Below, in pieces: positions 18,101-27,930 of a stretch of DNA of 37,024 nucleotides; position 1 is the stretch's first letter; every line of letters starts with the position of its first letter. This stretch comes from Candidatus Heimdallarchaeota archaeon (lineage in GTDB: Archaea > Asgardarchaeota > Heimdallarchaeia > Heimdallarchaeales > Heimdallarchaeaceae): contig JAEOTE010000005.1 in the NCBI GenBank assembly GCA_016839945.1, forward strand, positions 1 through 37,024. Reading direction: 5' to 3'. The notes beneath the pieces were generated by a model. The model worked only from the letters and a program-made list of their open reading frames with translations, did no database searches and had not been told where the DNA came from. Made by a program: the position numbers and the translations under genes.

Positions 18101-20002
18101 GAGAGGAAGAAGAGTACCTTTGAGGGAAGCGATATTTTGTGCAGCATTGAAGTGTGTGTTAACTTGTTGACCACATTTGGTGCAAGGAGCAACATCATAC
18201 TGACCTTTGTGACGAACAAGCGAACCACCACAGTTATGATGATTGCTACTAGTATGAAAGGGATTGACTGATTCTAAATGTACTTTATAACCTAACTCTA
18301 GTGAAGCTAACCACACAGCTTTTTTGTAGATAAACAAACTGTCTGGCATGGTGTAGATAGCTTTAGCTAAGGCTCCTTTAGTACCAGTTGCGTCAGCTGT
18401 TAAGCGCTCAATCCTCAACACTTTACATTTCTTTTTCACCAACACTGCGGCAAGAAAGTGGGGGAGGAGACGGGTGATCTCTCGGAGGATTCTACTGCGA
18501 CGAGTATAGACGCGTTTGAGTTCACCTTTGAGCTTACAACTCCCATGAACATCATACTCTTTTCGTTTACGGAGGAACCCTCGGTTAAGTTCATCCAACA
18601 CTTTCTTACTAAGATGATCATAATGATTTGCTAAATCTAGTAAATCTGGAGGGAGAGGAACAGCTGAGTTAAACACTAACATGTATTGACCTAAGCGGTT
18701 GATGTCTACTCCAAGAGTAGAGATTTTCTTTCCAGGAATCTGGGAAAGATAGCGGTGAAGAAGAGTCGAGGAGTGGAAACAACCATGCGCTCCTTCTAGC
18801 ACCACATCCACTCGAGGTTTGTAGCTAGGTGCATGCCCACTACTTACTTGAAAGACTTTAATGTTAGCACCATTATTTAGATACTCTAACAATTTTGATG
18901 AAAAGTGTACTTGAGCTGCTAGTCGCTGTTTTCCCTTCTTGGGAAAACCTAGTTCTGTCCATCCTTGCTTTCTTATTTGGTCAGTTAATTCTTGTGCATT
19001 CCCTTGACGGGTGATAACATAGTTTTTCTTCATTAACAATTTGATTGGTAATCTTCCTTTCTTTTTACGTTTAAATGGAATGGGAACAACATTCTCTACA
19101 GGTAATCCTTTTACTAACTGAGGGACACTCTGCATATAATGGTCAAAGAGTGTGAAAATGACAATCTGCCTGACAGCAGAAAAGAGTTTTCGGTTAGGTT
19201 TACCTATAATTATTGCTAGTTGTTCAGCGAGAGCTTTGAGACTTTTCCAACGAGAAGATTGAGGACTGTTGATCCACGAGGTGAGAAAAGGGACAACGAT
19301 ATTTTGTTCTTTTTTCAACAGTTGCAGTTTCTTCATAAATGCTTGTTGATTCTTTGTCAAATGTGGGAGGAGGGAAAGTTCGTGTTTTTGGTAGAACAAC
19401 GTATCATCTATCGCTTGGAGTACTTCAGTTTGTATTCTAGTTGGTAGAGTGGAGTTTAGTTGAAGGAATTCAGAAATAACAATTGGTCTATACTTCTTTC
19501 TCCAATATGAATCAGTTTGCGCTCTAGTACTTGTCAGGAGGTTGATTATGTATCTTCTTTTCAGTTTCCAATATTTCTCCAAGCTTCGCTCAGTATAAGG
19601 AGAGCGACCGAAAACTATCCATTCTATCAACTGTTGAGGATTCTTCAGTAAAAAATTAAGTATTCCTTGCGCTTTCCGTTCTTTCTCTACTTTGCCCTTG
19701 ATGGCCATATATAACCAATGGAAAGCACTTTCAGCTATATTGGGACTCTTTCTCACTTTTTTACATAGTTGGCGTGTGAAGAATCCTTCTTTAGGATTGG
19801 TGCTGTATAATTCCACTGCTTGTTTAATCACTTGAGGGGTGAGAATCTGATGTTGTCGTTCTTCGAGAGCTCTTATCCTGTTATTTATCTCTTCTCGTTG
19901 GGATTGGTCTGCACACTTCAGCACTACTTGATAGCTTCTCATCACTCCCTTAGACGTAGGGGGTAGGAGTGGTTGTAGGTTACTTGCTGTTTGTGTGACC
20001 AC
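18074..20002 (-). CDS. tnpB: Large TnpB-like (Cas12-related) RNA-guided RuvC protein
   Basis: RuvC-I LGVDIN, RuvC-II LRIERL, VNPFHTSS-NHHNCG and CTKCG zinc ribbon, RuvC-III NTHFNAAQNIA; very basic. Confidence 0.85.
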   Translation of the reverse strand: MVTQTASNLQPLLPPTSKGVMRSYQVVLKCADQSQREEINNRIRALEERQHQILTPQVIKQAVELYSTNPKEGFFTRQLCKKVRKSPNIAESAFHWLYMAIKGKVEKERKAQGILNFLLKNPQQLIEWIVFGRSPYTERSLEKYWKLKRRYIINLLTSTRAQTDSYWRKKYRPIVISEFLQLNSTLPTRIQTEVLQAIDDTLFYQKHELSLLPHLTKNQQAFMKKLQLLKKEQNIVVPFLTSWINSPQSSRWKSLKALAEQLAIIIGKPNRKLFSAVRQIVIFTLFDHYMQSVPQLVKGLPVENVVPIPFKRKKKGRLPIKLLMKKNYVITRQGNAQELTDQIRKQGWTELGFPKKGKQRLAAQVHFSSKLLEYLNNGANIKVFQVSSGHAPSYKPRVDVVLEGAHGCFHSSTLLHRYLSQIPGKKISTLGVDINRLGQYMLVFNSAVPLPPDLLDLANHYDHLSKKVLDELNRGFLRKRKEYDVHGSCKLKGELKRVYTRRSRILREITRLLPHFLAAVLVKKKCKVLRIERLTADATGTKGALAKAIYTMPDSLFIYKKAVWLASLELGYKVHLESVNPFHTSSNHHNCGGSLVRHKGQYDVAPCTKCGQQVNTHFNAAQNIASLKGTLLPLDPFPSSHV

Positions 20003-20049
20003 TTTACTCGCTATCTAATCCACAAAATGATATTTAAGGGTAAGAAAAA

Positions 20050-20241
20050 CTAGCTTGTGGGAGGTGCTTTTCCTCTTCGTTGTCTATGTAATCTTCCTGC
20101 AAAGGAGGTAACCAGTGCGATCATATCTTCTACAAGTTTAGTTTCCTGTGAACTCTGTATTTGTTGATGGATGGAGATAATTTGTGTTTCAAACGTTTGA
20201 CAATACTGTTCTATCATTTTCTTTCCAAATCTTGCTAGTCT
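20050..20241 (-). pseudogene. tnpA: 5'-truncated IS607 serine recombinase TnpA
   Basis: Manual translation: RLARFGKKMIEQYCQTFETQIISIHQQIQSSQETKLVEDMIALVTSFAGRLHRQRRGKAPPTS*, matching the IS607 DRLxRFG...ELVEDLxxIITSFxxRLY pattern; in-frame stop at 20254-20256, so the HTH and catalytic Ser are lost. Confidence 0.85.
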
Positions 20242-20265
20242 CTTGCAGTTATTCTATTGCGGTTG

Positions 20266-20328
20266 AAAAACCTTTAAATTAGGCTTGTGTATTATAGGAT
20301 GTCGCAATACGTATTAACAATACGTATT
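20266..20328 (+). promoter_or_regulatory. TATA-like box plus two tandem palindromic operator-like sites upstream of pgk
   Basis: AAAAACCTTTAAAT (20266-20279); palindrome AATACGTATT at 20306-20315 and 20319-20328. Confidence 0.5.
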
Positions 20329-20349
20329 TACTGACTCGGTGAAAAAATA

Positions 20350-21612
20350 ATGCTAATATCTAAACCACCAGACACTACGACAAGAGAGATACAGAGAGAT
20401 CTCTCTACTATGTTGAAATTCAGAGAAAAAAAATCTATAACTGACCTTGATTTAAGAAACAAGAAAGTTTTAGTTCGAGTAGATTTCAATGTTCCTTTAG
20501 ACAAATATGGTTATATAACTGATTCGCGAAGAATAAGACATACTCTACCTACAATCCATTATTTACTAAATGAAAATTGCAGAATCATTCTAATTTCTCA
20601 CATTGGAAGACCAGAGGGGAAGATAGTAGAATCATTAAAAATAGATCCTGTTTATAGAAGACTTAAAGAGTATTTACCATTTGTCAATGTCTATAAAGCT
20701 GAAGACTGCATAGGGGAAGAAGTTGAGATACAAATATCTGAACTCAAAAAAGGTGAAATACTTGTATTAGAGAATCCCCGTTTTCATCCGGAAGAGAAAC
20801 AAAACGATCCTGAATTTTCTCGAAAGCTAGCATCTTTAGCTGATACATATGTAAATGATGCTTTTGCTACAGCACATAGAAAACATGCTTCAACTTATGG
20901 AGTATGTTCGTACTTCAAAGAAAAAGGATTTGGTTTCTTGATGGAAAAGGAATTAAAATTCCTTACTCAATGCATCGAAAAACCAGTAAGACCTCTTACA
21001 GTACTTCTGGGGGGAAAGAAGGTTGAGGATAAAGCAATTGTCGTAAAATATCTTTTAGGCTTAGCTGATGCAATTCTTATTGGTGGTGGAATGGCATATA
21101 CTTTTCTCCTAGCTAATGGATATTCAATTGGTAAATCAATCAAAGATTTAGATCAATTGGATAGTGTTAAAGATTATCTTGATGATTCAAATTATTATGA
21201 TACCAAAATCTATCTTCCAAGAGATGTTGTTGTTTGTGATGAACTGGAATATCCTACAAATATCGAAACAATTCCAGTAACCGAAATACGAGAAAATCAT
21301 GTGGGTGTTGACATAGGATTCGAGACAACAGAGATGTATAAGAAAGTACTTAGTAAATCTAGTACAGTTATATGGAATGGTCCTATGGGAGTATTCGAGA
21401 AGGAAGAATTTGAAAAGGGGACAAAAGAAATTGCTAGACATTTGATAAAAGAAAAGACTTACACAATAATAGGGGGTGGGGATTCTGCTGCAGCTTTTGA
21501 GAAGTTTGGTTTTCAAGATGATGTTTCATTCATCTCTACTGGAGGGGGAGCAAGTCTTGAAGTAATGAAAGGAGCCATGCTTCCAGCTGTTGAATGCTTA
21601 TCAGATAAATAA
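20350..21612 (+). CDS. pgk: Phosphoglycerate kinase
   Basis: VRVDFNVP, SHIGRP, YVNDAFATAHR, WNGPMGVFE, GGGDS, STGGGASLE; true start may be ATG 20410. Confidence 0.97.
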   Translation: MLISKPPDTTTREIQRDLSTMLKFREKKSITDLDLRNKKVLVRVDFNVPLDKYGYITDSRRIRHTLPTIHYLLNENCRIILISHIGRPEGKIVESLKIDPVYRRLKEYLPFVNVYKAEDCIGEEVEIQISELKKGEILVLENPRFHPEEKQNDPEFSRKLASLADTYVNDAFATAHRKHASTYGVCSYFKEKGFGFLMEKELKFLTQCIEKPVRPLTVLLGGKKVEDKAIVVKYLLGLADAILIGGGMAYTFLLANGYSIGKSIKDLDQLDSVKDYLDDSNYYDTKIYLPRDVVVCDELEYPTNIETIPVTEIRENHVGVDIGFETTEMYKKVLSKSSTVIWNGPMGVFEKEEFEKGTKEIARHLIKEKTYTIIGGGDSAAAFEKFGFQDDVSFISTGGGASLEVMKGAMLPAVECLSDK

Positions 21613-21619
21613 TTATATC

Positions 21620-23212
21620 TCAAATAAGGGTTCCAATGAGATAAGCTACTAAAGCAAAACAAGATCCAATTACAATACTGAATAAGTTCACTAAATCATT
21701 TCTCATCCACTTCTTTCCAGAATGATATTCAGTTATCTTATTGCAATGAACCTTTCTTTCTGTGATTTTTCCACACACGCTGCATTTGTTCATTTTTTGT
21801 ATTGTACATGCTGATATGCTATCAATATATGCTCCTACAACTCCTCCTACAATAACAGGTATGATAAACAACCAGATTGAGGAAGGAAGTACTATATAGT
21901 TATCAATTTGACCAACACCTATCCCAATTCCTGCAATAATAACTGCTCCTAAAACCGATGCTAACACTCCAGCAGTTGAAATTGCCCCCGGAGTTCCTCT
22001 TTCAACCCTTATCCAAGGTTTAATGGATAACCTAGGTTTAAACCTAGAAAGAGCCCCTAATTCTGTACCTAAGGTGTCAGCTAAACTAACAGCTAATGCT
22101 CCTGCAGCCATTACAGTAAGTATTGGATTTCTTATAAGTACAATAAGAAAAGACAGAATCGCAGGAACTAAACTATTAACCATAGCTTGTATGCTATCTC
22201 TAGCTGTCTCTCCCTTCTCAAACTCCTGACTGATAGTTTTCTTCTTACTTCTTCCTATGAATGTAAAGAGAGTTCCAAGTAAAAAGAAAGCAATATACAT
22301 AGAACCCCATGTCCAAGAACCTAAACCCAGAATTATTACGCCTAAATAAAAACCTGCAATAGCTCCATCCCATGTTAATGCTTTGAAGATAATTCCAAAA
22401 ACTGCTAGAAATAAACCAACACAAAGACCAGCAATTATTGCATTTAATGAGAGGAAGGAATTTAATTCTGAAATATCATTGTGAAAAATCTTGTATAGAA
22501 GAAATAAACCTCCTGCATTTACAGCTGGAACAGCTATATTATCAAATCCTTTTGGAGTAATAGCTTCTATTATAGCAGTTATGAATCCAGTAAAAAGACC
22601 AATATAGATTGAAACAACTAATGATTGTTGCAAGATTAAACAACTAATGGTTACAGCGCCAAAAGTTGCAAAAGCAGCGGCCCAACTTCCAAGTAAAGTC
22701 TTTGTTCCACCAAATATTGTATAAGGTTTGTCATTTCCATATTTTGAACCTACAACAGCGCTGATTCCATCACCCCATACTAAGGGCATAAAAGAGCCTA
22801 AGAAAATGACGTTAAACTGATCTGTGGGACTAGGACGAAAGAAAATAGCTGTAAGAGCAGTTAATGATAATGCATAAAACACTGTACCATACGTGTGTCC
22901 TTCTTCAACTCCTTTTAATCTGAATTTCTTAATAGGAGAACCTGGACAAGTAAAATATGTGAAAAATATGAAGAAAAATGGTCCGATTAAAGCTATCCAT
23001 ACACTAGAAAAAACAAAGGGAAAAAGTATAGCAACATTACCAACTGAAAGATGAATAATTTTCCTTGTTGAGCTTCCTGATACTTTCTCTTTTCTTCGTA
23101 GAACTTCAGCAAGTACTAGCACAGAAAGAACAAATACGAATAGAGCACCTATACCAACAAAATCCAAAGTTGTAAAGGTAGGAGGAAATTCATAGCTCAA
23201 GTTAAGATCCAC
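21620..23212 (-). CDS. Phytol/dolichol kinase-like CTP-dependent kinase fused to DUF92 (TMEM19-like) domain
   Basis: RKIIH, WGDGISAVVG, KTLLGS and DNIAVP in the N-half; ADTLGTELG, GTPGAIS, DSI, CSVCG and NDLVN in the C-half; GTG start. Confidence 0.85.
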   Translation of the reverse strand: MDLNLSYEFPPTFTTLDFVGIGALFVFVLSVLVLAEVLRRKEKVSGSSTRKIIHLSVGNVAILFPFVFSSVWIALIGPFFFIFFTYFTCPGSPIKKFRLKGVEEGHTYGTVFYALSLTALTAIFFRPSPTDQFNVIFLGSFMPLVWGDGISAVVGSKYGNDKPYTIFGGTKTLLGSWAAAFATFGAVTISCLILQQSLVVSIYIGLFTGFITAIIEAITPKGFDNIAVPAVNAGGLFLLYKIFHNDISELNSFLSLNAIIAGLCVGLFLAVFGIIFKALTWDGAIAGFYLGVIILGLGSWTWGSMYIAFFLLGTLFTFIGRSKKKTISQEFEKGETARDSIQAMVNSLVPAILSFLIVLIRNPILTVMAAGALAVSLADTLGTELGALSRFKPRLSIKPWIRVERGTPGAISTAGVLASVLGAVIIAGIGIGVGQIDNYIVLPSSIWLFIIPVIVGGVVGAYIDSISACTIQKMNKCSVCGKITERKVHCNKITEYHSGKKWMRNDLVNLFSIVIGSCFALVAYLIGTLI

Positions 23213-23280
23213 CTCAGTTTCTTTTCAATTAACTGATATTCAATTTATACGAACATAGAGAATCTATGGAGAATAAAAAT

Positions 23281-23880
23281 TTACTGCTCACTAAATGCAT
23301 CTCCTTTCTCATGACTCTCAAGTGCAATAGCTCTATCAATTCCACCAACTAAACCTTCGCATCTAGGGTGATAGAATTGTTCACATTTTCTACAAACCTG
23401 TTCATTTTTTCTATCCCTTAACTTAGAAAAATATCTTCTACTGGTAACATAAATTGCTATTGTGAGAAAAATAACAGCTAATGCCCAACCATTAAAACCT
23501 CTTACCAACTCAACAATGCTAAGTATAATTGTTGCAAGGCAAGTAACCATTGCTATCCCAAGTAAGAATCTAGCAAAATCCTTTATTACTCGCGGAGGAT
23601 GAAGAAATACACTTAAGGGTGTAAAAATGAATAGAACATTTGTCGCAACAAAAGCAATCCAAAAATTTACGTTAAGAAATACTGCTAATATTGGAACAAT
23701 GATAAGGCCTGCTAAAAAACCACTATATAGATTTACACAACCTCGACAAACCTTGTAACCTTTAATCGTATAAACATGATCTTCGAACTTACTACATAAG
23801 GGATGATGAGCTAAACGATAAGGGTAAACAAGCCATCTTTCTTGTTTTTTTTGTTTACTTCTATTTTCTTTTTGACTCAT
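23281..23880 (-). CDS. Membrane protein with Cys/His metal-binding motifs (DUF2085-like)
   Basis: HHPLC...VCRGC before four TM helices; C-terminal CRKC...C; overlaps the TPR gene stop. Confidence 0.55.
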   Translation of the reverse strand: MSQKENRSKQKKQERWLVYPYRLAHHPLCSKFEDHVYTIKGYKVCRGCVNLYSGFLAGLIIVPILAVFLNVNFWIAFVATNVLFIFTPLSVFLHPPRVIKDFARFLLGIAMVTCLATIILSIVELVRGFNGWALAVIFLTIAIYVTSRRYFSKLRDRKNEQVCRKCEQFYHPRCEGLVGGIDRAIALESHEKGDAFSEQ

Positions 23881-25943
23881 TTTTCATCAACCAATGCTGA
23901 AGTTCTAATTATCAAATCTAAAAGTAATACAATCATAAATTTATGCTTCTGAATTTGAAAATTATCATTTATTTTTAGCCTGGAAATCAGTTTATCTACC
24001 ATGCTTTGAAACATATGCATGTTTTCAGAATATATTAGATTCATTCCTTTAAGTGATTCCTGAGTTAAAATTTGTTTATATGCTTCTTGCTTTATTCTAA
24101 TGATTTTCCTTTCACTTTGTTCTGAATAAACAGACCAATCAATATCCGTAAGTACTTCAATTGAATGAAGGTTGAATATAACACTAAAGAAACAAATATC
24201 TAAAATCATGAGCAATTCATTAAACTCAAAATTCTCCTCCTTTCTGAATCCCTCTATTTTTTTTCTAATCTCTTCTGGTAATACTTGTTTAGACAAAATG
24301 CGAGAATAAAGAGATGGTAATTCATATGTAAGATTTTTTTTCTTTTCTAGTTCATGAATCTCTTTTTCATCGATATTAGACAGAATCATTGTAATTAAGA
24401 AATAAGGAAAGAAGTATTGGAAGTTATTATCTAAATCCCTCTCAATTTCTTCATATTGCTCTTTTAATTTTGTAAAAGAGAGTGAGTCTTTAGTAATAAG
24501 TTCAATAAGATATTGTTGTACATACAGAATTTGACTTTCTTTATTCATTTGAGCAAAAGTTTCATCGAATCTTGAAACTATTTTCTTATTTATAATTAGC
24601 TCAAGAGATCTTTTCAGAATATTATATGGATTTTTTATTCCTAACAACTTCTCTAATTTGTTCAGGATTTTAATGCTAGCATCATAATTTCCAGAATATA
24701 AGTTCAAACCAACAAGTCTATCTAATAGAAATGGTAGAGATGCATCTTTGTATTTTTCTGCTAAATTTATTGCTTTATTTGTAGATATTAAGGCGTTATC
24801 AATGAGCCTTTCATCTGTATAAATCTTAGCTTTTGAGAAATATATTGATATTAAACTCTGTTCATCATCTAATTCAACTGATGTTTTTTCCAGCTCATTT
24901 AGAATTGCTAGAGCTTCTTCAGAAAAACCTTGTTTAAACTTTATTTGACTAAGTAATTGCTTCATCCTACCTGAAATTGAATGAAGATTAGTATATACAG
25001 AAAAATCAAACTCACTTATTTTATTTAATCCCTTTTTAACAATCTTTTCAGCTCTATTTAGTTGGTTTTCAAGAATTAGTGATTCAGTAAATAAATTGAC
25101 TAACTCACATTGTGATTGTGTAAGTTCAGATTCATCTATACTTTCTATGTATTCTAGATTTTCTATCACCTCTTTGTAATTTTTCAGAAAATAGAACATT
25201 CTAGCTCTTGTGTTTTTAACAGTAGAAAGACCTTTGATGTGTCCAAGCTTCTGGAATTCTTCCTCAGCTACTTTTAGATGTTTTACTGCTTCTTTCTCTT
25301 TGATTTGGTTAGCATATATTGAACCTAGATTAAGAGAAATTGTTGCTATTCCCAATGCATCTTTAGATCTTACTCTTATGTCTAAACTTTTAGAGTAGTA
25401 ATCAATTGCTTCTTCGAAATTACCAGTATAGAAATTTAAACTTGCTAATCCAGAGTATGTTAAAGCCAATCCTTTCTCATCATTATTTAGTTTGTCAATT
25501 TCTAAAATTTTCTGAAAATACATTTCGCTTTCAGAAAAATTTCCTAATTCCAGATAGATGTTAGCTAAATTGTGAAGTATTGAAGTGAGCAATCTCGTAT
25601 CAATATGATCTTGATAATCTTCTAGGGTTTTGAGATAAATTTGTAAAGCTGTCTCTTTCTTACCCATCCGTCTAAGAATCTTCCCATAATCTGTTTGAAT
25701 TTCGATTATTTCTTTTGGTAAGAATTCTTCTTCTTGTAGCAGTTCTAAAATAATAAGTATATCTTGGTGAGCTTTAACATTATTGCCAAGAGAATAATTA
25801 GATTTTGAAGAATACAACAGAAATTCTTTGCGAATTTTAACATCATTGATTTTTCTTAAATTAGTTTTTACTAGCCTTAAAACCTCTTTAAAATTACCTT
25901 CCTTGTAAAATTCTCGAATTTGTTTTACTAAATCTTGAGACAT
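23877..25943 (-). CDS. Tetratricopeptide repeat protein
   Basis: Long TPR repeats (LHNLANIYLELGNFSES, YSGLASLNFYTGNFEEAIDYY, LNLGSIY). Confidence 0.9.
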   Translation of the reverse strand: MSQDLVKQIREFYKEGNFKEVLRLVKTNLRKINDVKIRKEFLLYSSKSNYSLGNNVKAHQDILIILELLQEEEFLPKEIIEIQTDYGKILRRMGKKETALQIYLKTLEDYQDHIDTRLLTSILHNLANIYLELGNFSESEMYFQKILEIDKLNNDEKGLALTYSGLASLNFYTGNFEEAIDYYSKSLDIRVRSKDALGIATISLNLGSIYANQIKEKEAVKHLKVAEEEFQKLGHIKGLSTVKNTRARMFYFLKNYKEVIENLEYIESIDESELTQSQCELVNLFTESLILENQLNRAEKIVKKGLNKISEFDFSVYTNLHSISGRMKQLLSQIKFKQGFSEEALAILNELEKTSVELDDEQSLISIYFSKAKIYTDERLIDNALISTNKAINLAEKYKDASLPFLLDRLVGLNLYSGNYDASIKILNKLEKLLGIKNPYNILKRSLELIINKKIVSRFDETFAQMNKESQILYVQQYLIELITKDSLSFTKLKEQYEEIERDLDNNFQYFFPYFLITMILSNIDEKEIHELEKKKNLTYELPSLYSRILSKQVLPEEIRKKIEGFRKEENFEFNELLMILDICFFSVIFNLHSIEVLTDIDWSVYSEQSERKIIRIKQEAYKQILTQESLKGMNLIYSENMHMFQSMVDKLISRLKINDNFQIQKHKFMIVLLLDLIIRTSALVDEK

Positions 25944-25978
25944 TTTTTCATCTACATAAAAAAAGAAGAAGAGTATTA

Positions 25979-26509
25979 TTATTCTCTGTCTTCCAGAACA
26001 ATAGTACCAGCTATATAATCCCCTATCCTTCTTCCTTCGTCGTTAAATAATGGCCATATATAGTCAAATCCGACACAGACCCCTAAGCATATAGTACGAA
26101 TACAAGATTGTCCAACTGATATAGGTAATCCTGTATCATAATCTACAACTCTCAGTTTAAGCATTGACTTACCAAATGATTTTCCTTTTTCAGGTATTAC
26201 GTCTCTAAAACACCATAGAGGAGGACAGAAATTGTAGATGAGGTTATCAATTAATAGAGCAACACATCTAGAGGTTAGTGGGGCTTTCATTTGCACATAA
26301 GAACCACGAGGTACACCTGCTGTAGCTGGCATAGCTTGGGCTGGTGCATAAGGTCCTGCCTGTTGAGTCGGAGGTTGTTGAGTAACAGGTTGCGCTGGAG
26401 GTGTAGGAACTCCTGTACCTTCTTTCAAGTTTGTTCCACAATTTAAGCAAAACTTATCTTCAGGTGCAGCTGCTGCACCACAATTTGGGCAGAAAAACTT
26501 CTTACTCAT
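25979..26509 (-). CDS. Zinc-ribbon + RDD family membrane protein
   Basis: FCPNCG..FCLNCG, Pro/Gln linker, RCVALLID, SFGKSMLKLRVVD, RRIGDYIAGTIV. Confidence 0.9.
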   Translation of the reverse strand: MSKKFFCPNCGAAAAPEDKFCLNCGTNLKEGTGVPTPPAQPVTQQPPTQQAGPYAPAQAMPATAGVPRGSYVQMKAPLTSRCVALLIDNLIYNFCPPLWCFRDVIPEKGKSFGKSMLKLRVVDYDTGLPISVGQSCIRTICLGVCVGFDYIWPLFNDEGRRIGDYIAGTIVLEDRE

Positions 26510-26609
26510 TGTGTTTTCACCTTATTTTTTCAATTAAAGTATTATTCTTTCATATATTTAAGAGTATGTTATTAGATTTGTAAGTAAGTTCTAGCTACTT
26601 TTAGTTCTT

Positions 26610-27827
26610 TTATTCTTCCAAAGTATCTTTATAAATTTTCATTAACTTCTTACCAACAATCTGATGATCATAATTTTTCAAAGCGTATTTTTGAGTTTCA
26701 AAAACGATTTGCTGACTCGCCTCTTTGTTACTAATTAGCTCGTTCACTATATCTACTATTTTTGCCATATCATTCTGTGGGTATAACCAGCCACAATCTG
26801 GAGGTAACATTTCATTCATTGGAGGTTTATCAGCAGCTACAATAGGCAAACCTGAAGCCATTGCTTCTATCAAAGGAGTACCAAAACCTCCTTCCTTCGC
26901 AGGATAAAGAAGTACATCACTTATATGATAAGCTAGTAGAAGTTCATCATCATTGATATAGCCTGTAATTCTGACTGAATCCTCAATTTGTAGGTTTACA
27001 ATATTTTCTTTTATATTCTGTAATAAGGGTCCTTCACCCACTATTAGAAAAGTAGTGTTGGGAAATTCTCGCATTATGCTTGGAAAGAATTCTATTACTT
27101 CATGTTGTGATTTTCGAGATATAAATGGTCCTTGCATCAATACGATTGCTTTTCCTAAATTTAGATCATATTTGTCTCTAAAATCTTCAACATCCTCAAG
27201 TTTTGGGATTTGAGAGAATTTTTTACAGTTCAAAGAATGTGGAACAGTTTCTACTCTCTCTTTGATTTTCTTAGTTAGACGTTTGATTTTATCTAAGAGT
27301 GAAGGTGTATTAGTGATTATAACATTGCAATGGCCAACTGTTCTTCTAAGAATTCTTGAGTAAGGTCTTTTCACAAACAACCTAGATTTTAAATTTCCAG
27401 TAGTCACTGCTCCATGAACAGATAAGATTAATGGAATTTCTATATGTTTTTTTCTTTTGGCTTTTGCAAAAGCATATCCTGAAGCTTCAGTTGAATGTAT
27501 TAACGAAAACTGTTTTTCTTTGTTTATTTGCTGAAATATACTTAACGCTTGTTTTGAAAAACGTCTATGATTTTTAGCATAAAAATGTGTTTGAGTACTG
27601 TAAGCTCCCCTTGCAGATATTTGGGGGGGAAGCTTGTAGAAATGAATATTTTCTCTATTTAGTAACTCGTCATCTGAAGGCAGTTCTGTTGTTGATGCAA
27701 TATGAATATCAATATCATGATTAACTAATGATTTAACTAAAGAATAGGAGTATCGTCGAAGACCTGCCATGGGTCCTATATAAGGTGGTCCAATCTCTAT
27801 CGTAGGAATAAAGATAGAGAAACTCAT
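26610..27827 (-). CDS. Glycosyltransferase family 4
   Basis: LSVHG, LIVGEGP, EGGFGTPLIEAMASGLPIVA. Confidence 0.92.
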   Translation of the reverse strand: MSFSIFIPTIEIGPPYIGPMAGLRRYSYSLVKSLVNHDIDIHIASTTELPSDDELLNRENIHFYKLPPQISARGAYSTQTHFYAKNHRRFSKQALSIFQQINKEKQFSLIHSTEASGYAFAKAKRKKHIEIPLILSVHGAVTTGNLKSRLFVKRPYSRILRRTVGHCNVIITNTPSLLDKIKRLTKKIKERVETVPHSLNCKKFSQIPKLEDVEDFRDKYDLNLGKAIVLMQGPFISRKSQHEVIEFFPSIMREFPNTTFLIVGEGPLLQNIKENIVNLQIEDSVRITGYINDDELLLAYHISDVLLYPAKEGGFGTPLIEAMASGLPIVAADKPPMNEMLPPDCGWLYPQNDMAKIVDIVNELISNKEASQQIVFETQKYALKNYDHQIVGKKLMKIYKDTLEE

Positions 27828-27930
27828 GTGTTAAAATCTGTATAAACTACAAAAGCGTTGTGGTGGAAATTTTACTATTATTGTTAAACCAAAATAGAAA
27901 TAAGTATTATATTAAGAAAATAGTATAACC

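Larger units (their letters stand above)
18020..20256 (-). mobile_element. Non-autonomous IS607-family element (truncated tnpA + tnpB); ends approximate
   Basis: IS607 TnpA C-terminal remnant directly upstream of tnpB, 3' hairpins, and visibly higher GC than the flanks. Confidence 0.75.

Noticed and set aside
18074-20002. CRISPR-associated Cas12 effector
   Set aside because: No array or cas1/cas2 nearby; the IS607 tnpA remnant explains the gene.
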